A stretch of 64,000 nucleotides of DNA from Setoptus koraiensis (lineage: Eukaryota > Animalia > Arthropoda), in the NCBI GenBank assembly GCA_048013815.1, contig CM106586.1, forward strand, positions 2,914,001-2,978,000, given 5' to 3'. The translations under genes were made by a program, and so were the position numbers. A model generated the notes under the pieces. That model saw only the letters and a program-made list of their open reading frames with translations. It made no database searches and was not told the DNA's origin. This document shows, piece after piece, positions 1 to 10,300 of this stretch; within the stretch, counting starts at the first letter, position 1; each line of letters starts with the position of its first letter.

Positions 1-489
1 ATCTATCAGTGTGTTGTTTCTTCGTGGCAACCATCGGTATCGTTGCGTAATCGATTGATCAATAGTTGACGAGTTAAGTTAATCATAGTTAAATAATAAG
101 GCCGATGCTGTTTGACGGGCCGGAAAAGGCCGGCCGCGTCGCCAACACCGTTATGTGGTGCAGCCGTCCTACAACGCGCCAAAACGTGTATAACGTAGTA
201 TAAATAACAATTAATTAGTAACATTATGTTTCTTTGAGAGTCTCATTGGACTCCAATGATTGGAGCCTCGATAGGTAACGGTAATGGTAGCGCCATTGAC
301 TCTCGCATGACATCGACAAATATATTTGTGCTATTCGCGTGTGAATATTGCCTGACAAGGTAATGTCTGCCGACGATGATTGTGAGCTGTGATGAAAATT
401 GTCCAGCAAACAATCGCCGGTTTGATATTGTAAGCTACACATATAATGCTTATATGATATAAGGCTATATAACAGCAGATATTCAGCAG

Positions 490-1383
490 TCATACGTCGG
501 TGTGGAGATCGGGGTTGAAGTCTTCGGTAGGGGCGGATATCGTTGAGCTGGAGCTGAATCCATTTCCGGCCTTTGTGGGCATCATCGCTGATTTAAGCTG
601 ACTGGCGTTCTTTGTGGCGATTGTGCCACTGGACACAACGGAGCTGGTTGTTGTATCGGGATAATTGTTGTTGTTTGTCATCAGTTGATTGTCTCGCGTA
701 TGATCGTGATTAATGACCGTTGTAGGCTGTTGTGGATTGTCGTTGAAACGAACCGCTTGTGGCCTGTGTGCCGATGATATAACTCGAACCTTCTTGGGAT
801 ATTGCAATGTATGAAATTGTTGCTGATTCTGCTTGTTCGGGCTACTGCTCATAGTATCACCGGCTCGCGTTTTTGCGTAATCGAGCATCACAGCCGGATA
901 GTCGGCGTGCTGATGCAAATAGTTATTGTCGTAGGAACTGAGCTTTATTGATTGACTGTATTTCGGCTCATTTGGCGGCCTCGCTAACACGTACTGCTGA
1001 TTTTGGTGAGCTTGATTGGCGCGTCTCGCCGACGGTGCGCCCAAAGTGTTGTATTTGTGGCCACGATTGCCAAAACCGTTGCTAGACGCGGGCTGTTTGG
1101 CCAACAGCAATCCCGACGACGATTGGCCAGTCGGCTGGTTTGTGTCGCCAACATAATCCAGGATGTAAGCGTTGGCGTTTGCAATTATTGTCGACGGCGA
1201 GCTCATGTGATCAAAGTCGATTGCGTTGCTGGTGCCGTTCGTTCGAGCTGCCTCCATCAAGGTGGGATACATCAATTGCTGGCTGCTGGTGTCCGGCGAA
1301 GAAATCGAGTCGGCGTTGGGCGAGGCCGAATCCGAGGTTTTGCCGGTGTCGCCGCTATCCGTTGCGTCGCTCACATACTGGCC
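490..1383 (-). CDS. Sidestep-like gene, terminal coding exon (Tyr-rich cytoplasmic tail ending ...FNPDLHTDV*)
   Basis: Acceptor cacaacacag|GGC at 1384/1383 is phase 0, matching donor AAT|gtaagt at 2001/2000. The frame is open for 297 codons to TGA 490-492. The C-terminal T-D-V fits the class I PDZ-binding consensus (S/T-x-V). Confidence 0.75.
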   Translation of the reverse strand, partial: GQYVSDATDSGDTGKTSDSASPNADSISSPDTSSQQLMYPTLMEAARTNGTSNAIDFDHMSSPSTIIANANAYILDYVGDTNQPTGQSSSGLLLAKQPASSNGFGNRGHKYNTLGAPSARRANQAHQNQQYVLARPPNEPKYSQSIKLSSYDNNYLHQHADYPAVMLDYAKTRAGDTMSSSPNKQNQQQFHTLQYPKKVRVISSAHRPQAVRFNDNPQQPTTVINHDHTRDNQLMTNNNNYPDTTTSSVVSSGTIATKNASQLKSAMMPTKAGNGFSSSSTISAPTEDFNPDLHTDV

Positions 1384-4300
1384 CTGTGTTGTGGGGATAC
1401 ATTTCGGTTCGTTTTAGATAGATTCTCATTTAGATAAACTCTTATATATTGTTTGCGATAACATTTATATAGTGTATATTTTTCAGATGAACGCCCGTTC
1501 ATATTCACACATGTAAGCATTTGACAAGTTGTCAACTAATGATTGGTTAGGCAGTAGCAAGGTGAAGCTGTAGCAAATAATTGAATATGTAAAAGCAAAA
1601 TAAAATTGGTGACCGGGATGGCGTTGATTAGACGCGATGATCCTGCACATCAGTTGTCTGCGAAAGGCATTGTTTTTGTTTCAACGAAACAGCAAGTGGC
1701 GGGCCGGAAACAGATTGTGCAAATAAATAAAGCGGCAATAATTGGGCGATGTTGAGGCATTTTGGGGTCGCGAGAACGTGATGAGAAGGGAAAAATTAGC
1801 ATTAAATAAGAGCTTGGTTTGAGCGCAATTTATTATATTCAACAAAAGAATAGCTGATGCGGCCGATGTTTAGCGACGCAAAACTCTCTCCCGACGGAAG
1901 TTTCTCTTTCTTTCACAATTAATTGTATCAGTCATAAGTTAGCGAGCGAGCGGCCAAAATGAGCGGGCTAATTTGCATGAGAATGGCACCCTTTACTTAC
2001 ATTGACGATTCGGCCATTCGCATTTGAAAAGCTATTCTTATAATAGGTTTCGTATATTTTGTTGCGCGTTTGTTGGGCGCAACGATTATTCTTATTATTA
2101 ATATTATTATTTGCATGAGATCCATTAGAGTTGGTGTTGTAGGTGGAATGTGTTTTATAGGAATCTAGTTGCGTCTGGGGCGCAAAGTCGTTTATAGAGC
2201 CGGACTTTGGTACGTTATTGATGATGAAATTGTTGTTGTTTGTATTGACACTGGACTTGCCACTAGGTGTCGCCACTTTACTTTGAATGGGGTGATGCAA
2301 CAAAATTCCATTGGACGATGTTACGTCACACCCAATAAACTCTTGTCGCTGTTGTTGTTGTTGTTGACTGGCTTGCTGATGTTGTAAATGATGCTGATGA
2401 TGATGATGGTGTTGTTGTTGTTGTTGTTGTGCAGACGACGACGACAACAACGGTTGTTGATCGCCACTACTACTGAGGCTTCTATGTCCACTGGTGCTAC
2501 TGCTGTGCCCGTTGCTCACCTGTTCGGCTTGATCGTCGCTGACAGCGGCGCCATCTATGCCCGCTGGCAAACAACTGTTGGGTGTAGTCTCGTTAATAAT
2601 TTGCGATGCTGACACGAATCCCATTGTTGTCTGCCGGCTATTGTTGTTCAATGTATCGGGCATCTCGTCCGATTCCAATTCGTCGCCCAGATCGCTAGTC
2701 TTAGTTTGGCCACTGTTTGGCCTAGACGAAATCTGTTGCTGCTGCTGCTGTTGTTGTTGTTGGTGCACGCTCAAATTTCCGGATTGCATTGCACCGGAAA
2801 CGAGATGCGTCATGTCGGGGTGCAGCTTGCAAGTGTCCATGCTAATGAGCGCCACAGCCTGTTGCTGCTGGTCGGCGGTCAGTTGTTGTTGTTGCTGTTG
2901 GGCGGCTTGCGCGGACAACATTGCCCGATGCTGCAAACAAACAATGGCCGCCGTGGCGGGCGACGGGTGATGATGCTGATAGGCTGACATGTGTTGCTTG
3001 TTGTCCATCAGTGCTTGCTGCTGCGATTCCGCTGTCGCCAGCGGATGATGAGAGTGATGATGAAAGTGATGCAAGTTATTGTTGTCAGTCTGATGATACG
3101 AATTTGATGAGGAATCGAGAAAATCTTCGCCAGTTATGGACAGCTTCACGTGATCGTCGTCGTCATCGCCGGGCCGGTCCGCCAGGCCGTTCGGGCCGCC
3201 CAGATAATTGAACTCATTTCCGGAACTAGCGTACGCCGCATGGTGGCCGTGATAAATCAACTGCTGCTGCTGGTTGTGAGATATGCTCGATGGATATTGT
3301 AACGGCTTGCAGCAGTGCGCGGCCTTGCCAAGCTCCTGTTGGCCGGACAGCTGACCGTTGTTGTTTGGCCGGCCCGTATGTTGCACAACAATGTTGTAAC
3401 TGCCGTTGGAGCAACTGCCCGCCACCGACGAGCTAGCGGTCGAGTCGGGAGCCGCGTGCGACCTCAGCAGGCCCGCCGACGACCGACACAGCATGTTGCT
3501 GGCGGATCCCGTTGGCAGTACCACCGTGGGCGACGATCGCGTGCTGCTCGACGCCAGCGAGTTGTTGTTGTTGTTGTTGGTGTTGTTGTGACCGGCATAC
3601 AAGCTCGGCTGTGATTTGTTGTTGTTGTCCGTTTGTTTGTTGGCAATTTGTTTGCTGTTGTTGTTGGCATTGGCCCCGTTGGCCAGACGATAATTGCTGG
3701 CCGACGACGATATCGATGAGCCCAATTTGTGTTGCGTCATCTCCCTCTCCTGGTGCTTTGCTGTTTTTTCTAGCGAGTTGTAGGTGGCGCCGCGAGCGCC
3801 ACGAGATAAATCGCAGCTACCTTTGCTGCTGTGCTGACTTAGCGCCACTAATACGATGCAACGATATGTCACGGGCAAGATAAGACGACAGGACAAAGAT
3901 CAGCAACGATTACGATTACAATTCGAATGAGAGCGAGTTTTTATTTTTATCTGATGCCGTTTGCTTACGTTTGCTGTTGGACCTATTGTTTGAATTGTGT
4001 CCGCTTGGGGAGCCATTGAGACACTTGATAGTGACGTATCCGAGCAAGCCCAACAAGAGAAACGAGCCCAAAGTGAGCATGATAATTGCGATAAACGGAC
4101 TCCAGCTCAATTGCAGGACATTGGACAATAATTGCGAGTGATCTATCATTGTTTCGTTGCCGATTCGTTGCGACAATGGCCGTGATGCGCGCCGGGGCAA
4201 AGTTCACGAAGCGATGCGGTCATTATTTCAGGGTTGAATAGGCGCGATATTTGTTGCGTCATGTCGTTGTTGTTGTTGTTGTTTTGTACAAGGTAACAAA

Positions 4301-7300
4301 TGGACGGAGGGACGAAACAAATTAATAGATTTACAATTTGGACTTGAATTGAATTGAAAATTTCATTGGCGCCACCATGCACAGCAGATTGAGCTGTCGG
4401 TGGTGGCAAGCGTTTTTACATTTGCGCGATTTATACAATTTGTCATGGCTCACTGGTCAATTTCATCATGTTGATGCGAGTGTTATGATTACATTGTCGA
4501 TTATCGTCATTATTGTCGCATCGGTGTTGTTGCAAACAAAGCCATAAGTAAAAGGTTGCGCTAGGTGCCGGCCAAAGAGGAATTCGGTTGCAGCTCGGGC
4601 CAACTGAGGCGCAGCTCAAGCGTGTCAATGGCACTCAAACGGGCCCGCAATCTGTCAAGTGACGCGCCATCAGTCGGCCCAAGCTGCAACTGAATCCGCA
4701 TTCCCAATAGTTATGCAATAGGCCGCTTATGCTAATGCCAACAGCATCAACAACTAATTAGATTGATAGCGTTTGAATTGATGCACTCTAGCGTTACCTT
4801 GGCCGGCTCTGTTGCGTCATGTTGCATGAAACCGCCGCGCGCAACCAACTGCAACCAATCACTCGCATGCAACCCGGAAAATTTGCACACACACACACAC
4901 ACACACTGCTTGTGTATGCAAATTGACCGGAAGTTGGCCTGAAACTCAGTTGGGCGCAGCGTGGGCAGCAGTGAGTGGGCGCGCACTTAATCCCATTCAT
5001 TTGCGTATACATACAAACATGTAAACAAATGTTTGCGACAAACAAACCATAGAAATGCTGCCCCGCGCTACAGATTTTAAGTGAGCGCCCACTAATGGGG
5101 CCACTCACAATCGCATCACTGGCCGAGGTCACACGACACTTTGGGCCGGCAGTGCGATATGCCCGTCGCCGTTGCGTCATATCGAACATTTACGCATAAG
5201 GTATCACAATACCTCATGGTACATTTTTTATTGTTGTCGCCTCTCGTCGCAACGACAGTCTCGTTAGCTTACCCGCTCTCCTTGGTTCCCGTTGCTCGCC
5301 GCTTGAGGCGCCACTGTCGCTCGAACCGAGCGTGCTCTGTGTGGCCATTGTTGAGGCCGTGAACGCAATTGGCTTGCTGGCACCCCGACTGTTGACACTG
5401 TAAACGGATAGAAAATAGTCCGTGAGGGGGCGCAATTGTTCCGCTAGAAAAACCGCCTCGAGAGCCGGCCCGTTACCGCCGTTGCCGGCCGGAGCCGTCG
5501 ACAGCAACGACGACGCTGACAAGGGCGACAATGACGACGACACGACAACCGACGGCTCGTCGCTGCCGCTGCCCGTCAAGCTGACCGGACTTGACACCAT
5601 TTGACCGGTGGTCAGTTGCCGCTGATTGGTGGTTGTTTGCAACAGTGCCAGTTGCTGCGTCGGGCCGGTCTTGCCGCTGGCCGCCGGCTGCTGTTGGCGC
5701 GCCGCTGACCAGCTCCCGTTATTCTGCTGCTGCTGCTGTTCCGGCCCGGCCCATTTGGCGCCCGGGTTCATCTGTGCCGTTGTGCTGAGATTGGCAACCA
5801 ATCGATGATTAATGACATCGTATATTTCCATTTGGAATGTCTGGTCGACGCCGCCGTCGTAGCCGGGCACGCACACTATCACCATGCTGGTGTCGCTCGA
5901 ATTGGCCAGGCGACAATCGCGCACCGGATCCGGCCTCTCGGCGGGCACCACGTGATACCTGCACGCGTGCACTTGTTGGCCAATGCTATTCTGGGCCCAG
6001 CACAACAACTGACCGTAATCCAATTCGCTGTGAGGCGTGTAGAGGGCGACACTGGCCAGGGGGTCGTTGGGCGGCGTTTGGTACGACTGGCCGTCTAGCG
6101 GCACCATATTGAGTTGACCGGCGCCGGCGCCGCTGCCGGTGCCGGTGGTGGCCGTGTCCGATGTGGTCGATGTAGTCTGATAGGCGCTTGCCGCCGGCCC
6201 GTTCGCCTGAAACGACCAGCGGAATGTGAGCGAGTCGGGCGGATCCGCGTCCACTTGACACAGGACGCGCACGGGCTCGGACCGGGCCGCGCCATAATAC
6301 ATCTTGTGCTGATTGCTGCTGCCGCCGCTGCCTTGATTGTTGCCGGTCTGTGCCCCACTGTCCGCTCCACTGTCCGTCCCGTGCTGGCCGTCGCTGTCCG
6401 CCGCCGGCGCCGACCGACGATCGGCCTGCACAGATTGTGGCGCACTTCCGGTCAGCGGCTGCTGGCCAGTGTTTTGGCGGCACACTGGCGCAAACAAAAT
6501 GCGCAAGTGCACAGAATTAGACTGGCCCTCGCCCAGCGAATTGATGGCCGAGCACGTGTAGCGGCCCCGTTGGGCGCGCTGCACGCGCTGCAACACCAAC
6601 GATTGATTTGATATTATCACGCCCAAGCTGACGTTTGTCTCCAATTCTTTGCCCTCGAACCACCAGCGCACCTCGTGTATCCAGGGATGCGCCTTGATGG
6701 TGCACTCGAAATAGACGTCGTTGCCCTCCTGAATGTGCGCGTGGCGCAATTTTTCGCCCAGCGCCAGGTGAACCTGGGGAACGTCTGCGGGGTTGCATAA
6801 TATTTGATATTAATCGGTTAATATTTGATATAAATTGGTTAATATTTGATATAAATTGGTTAATATTTGACATCAATTGGACAGCAAATCGGACGTGGAT
6901 TAGTTCGGAGTGAGGCTCGAGAGGACGAGCCTCGTGTGAGACTTTACGCGACACTTACATTGCACCTCGAGCTTCCACGAGTCCTCCAGAATGAACGAGC
7001 TGGCCGCGCCGCCCGTCAGCTGGTTCTCGGCCCGGCAAACGAGCGACTGGCCCGAGTCCTCGATTTGGGGCGTGTATCGCAGTGTCGAGACGGTGATGTT
7101 GCCGTCGGGAGTTATCTTTTCGCTTATCTGAATGCTGAAGGGCTGAGATTGCTGCTGCTGCTGCTGAGATTGTTCCGGTTGTTGGTGCTGACGGTGCCGG
7201 TGCGACAAATGGCGTTGGTCGTCGCCACTGCGACGCTGTGACGCGGCCGCCGTCAATTTGGTGCCGCCCAACAGCCACGTTATTGTGGCGGCCGGCCGGG

Positions 7301-10300
7301 ACCCGTAGGCGCGGCAAACAATGTCCACGGGTTTGTCGCTAATGAGCGCCTGGCGCTCGTTGTCTATCTCGACCCGGAGGGGCGGAACTGCGCGTCGGTG
7401 TTTATTGTGTCGGTTGTTTTAGTTGACCCATTTCGGTCGGTGTGGCCGTTGCAATTGAAAAAGCGGGGGGACAGAAAAAAGCGTGGGGACAGAAAAAAGC
7501 GGGGGACAGAAAAGAACGAAGAAAGAGTTATTATTTATAGAGCTTGTCAAAGAGAGCTTGCCATTTAACAATTGCCACTATCACCGGCGACACAGTATTT
7601 CGTTGTTCAGTATTGATTGTCAGTCTGGTGTGTTTAGGTGTTTTGCGGGCGCTCGCCATGAGGCACGTACTGCACTGAGATGGCAAAATGAAAATATCGC
7701 TCACGAGAATTTCAGCTCACAAGTATTTGGCGAGCTGCAAGTGAGCTTATCCCCGGAACGCGCCAGATATGTCATGGTGCTTGTGAGTTAGTGAGCTGAC
7801 AAGCTCACCTCGGACAAGCTGCCTCTTACACCTGTTTGTTTGTTTGTTTGTGTGCCAAAAGAGACCCGGGGGATATCTCAAGATCATTTGGGGCCCGCCA
7901 CCCCAAGTTTTCATACTTCTCGCGGCCACCGGGCCCCAATTCCGCTGGCCGCGAGAAGTATGAAAAGTTGGCCGCGAGAAGTATGAACAGTTGGCCGGCC
8001 CGTGCCGGGCTCTTTATGACCCTGGCAAGACATTTCTGCTACATTTTGCGCGGCGAGGGATTATTGCGCAGAGCAGTGTGCGGGAGTGTTAATAAAGAGA
8101 GACTCCACTTTATATTATTTTTATTGTCCATAATAATTTCTCTGGCTCAACTGCTGATTTTTTCGCTTGTTCCGGCCGCCCGCCAGCGCGGCCTCACGCG
8201 CCAGCTAATCCGGCCACCCGACCGGACTTGTGATGGCCACCCGGCCACAAATAATAACCTTACATGACCCGTGAGCGGTTTTGACCGTGCCGCTGCCGTC
8301 GGTGGCTCGCAGCTCACACGACCGCCCAACGGACGGCTCCGCAAGCGGCTCTAAGTTATGTAAGCCCAGCGGAGAGTAGCTCCACTGTTGATCACAATAA
8401 TTGTACAAATAAATCAAATGAATTGCAATTCCAATCCGGCGCTCGCTTGTTTTGTGTGTGTGTGTGTGTGTGTGTGCGCGCCGCCAATAAAACTTTGCAG
8501 CCCCACACTGCGGGGCCCACGTGCCGTGTTTGGGGCCCCAAACAGGGGCCCACGGCACAGCGAGGCCAACATGACACGCGAGGCTGGCTCGTTGGCTTCT
8601 CGACTGGGCTCCTGTGCGCAGCGCAAACTGTGCGCTGTAAGTGAAGTCCATTTTTTATTATTATTATTCTTATTCTACTCAATTAGACACGAGCAACTGG
8701 GGCCCGCTTCGAAACAAACAACAACACTACTGACTACACCGTTGCACACATGGTTACATTGTTACATTATTACGTGATTACCGAGCGCCGATACTAGTGA
8801 CTGCGCCACAACGCAAACTGAGGGGATGGTGGCGCAAACAGTCAGGACGAATTAGCCTCAAACGGGACAACCCGAACGGGCCCGGTCAGCTTATGCGCGC
8901 CAGCTGATCGTTGCGATTATCGGAGAGCCAGTCGATTATGGGCCCGTGTATTTGTGTTATCCGTAAGCCCGGTTCTCGGTAACAACGCGTGCAAAATTAC
9001 ACGTAACACACAAACAAAGCGAAACAAATCGGAATAAAACACGACCGAACGAGCTGGGCCGAATGCGATCTGGGTCCCATTGGCAAACGTTATCACTTGT
9101 ATCATATTGTCTCGCTCTCTTTTTCCGCTGCTCATCGCCATTTTCATCCATTTCCGATTGGCATGCTAACTAGCTCGCAGCTAGAGCTGTCCACTTAGTA
9201 TCTGTTCCAGTGTCGGGCCATTGTTGGGCCACTTCGATGAACCGCACATCGGTTAGGGCGCCAATAACAGGTTGCCAGTGGCTCGAATTAGCCACACAGA
9301 TACACTAATTTGGGTTGCCGATCCACAGCTCGATCACAGGCAGCTAAAGATAGCCAAACGCACACACGGCAGCTCATTAGTTTCGGACATAGATAGTTAG
9401 TGAGAGAGATTGCAGTCACGCTGCCACCACACCCAATTTAGCTCAGCTATATATAGCTATATAGCGCCAGCTCAATATCTCTACTTCCGGTCAGTGTACT
9501 GTCCAATCAATCAGCAACAAATTTGCAGTTAGTCCTGCGCCGGTTGCATAACTGGCCAGTTAGAAGCCATAAGTGGCGCACTCGAAAATTGTGATAATTC
9601 ACTACTATACGCAGATTCGTCTTAGTTGTTTCGTATCTCTGGCCTGGCCAGATTACGTAATCAACGGCCGGGCCAGCTGCTATAATACTGCTCACACTTT
9701 CGCTTTTGATAGTGAGCGCTAGTTGGACACACACACTATTAACAGCACTGTTTGCTTGAGAATGGCGGAAATAGCTGAGCTGTCGAGCTACGACATGGTG
9801 AGTGACATTTATCAAGCGATGAACACTGATTAGCAGCGTCTCACAACGTCGTGTGACACTTGTCAGCTGTTTGTCGCCAACTATTGCGTTCGTGGCAATT
9901 ATTGGCAAGCTCGCACAGTAACTTGCGTACATATATATTAATTGGGCCAGCCACACACGCACAAATGTGGACGAGCCAATTTGAATTGTCGTCGTTGCTG
10001 TTGCTTGTGCCAATTGCCGGTTGCCGGTTGTTTGTGTGCCGGCCGGGCAATTGGCACAAGTCGCCTCTCCAATTATTCAACTGACACTTGTCAGTGACAT
10101 TTTGAGCACCAACTAACACTCCATTGCCATTCAAAGAGCCACACAGGGTTGAGTAGCTAAAATTACGTCACTTAACATCATTTGGACACATTGTTTGAGT
10201 GCCTATAGAGTGTGTGGCTGTCACGCTAGCAGTGCGTGAGTGTGCGTGTTTGCAATGTGACAATAAACAACAACGCTCAATTGTATAGTGAGTGGACGAA

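Noticed and set aside
6-493. Two minus-strand ORFs (72 and 89 aa) abutting the sidestep-like stop
   Set aside because: No recognisable motif. They lie in the expected 3' UTR, and ORFs this short arise by chance.
4146-4409. Possible extra exon (acceptor gacag|CT near 4397, weak donor gtgaac at 4207) before the TM exon
   Set aside because: Phase-compatible but not needed, has a poor donor and no homology. Left out of the model pending RNA-seq.
1003-6611. Plus-strand ORFs (for example 1003-1437, 2557-2970, 6114-6611)
   Set aside because: Antisense shadows of the low-complexity or GC-rich coding exons. Poly-C/L/V runs are reverse complements of CAA/CAG codons.
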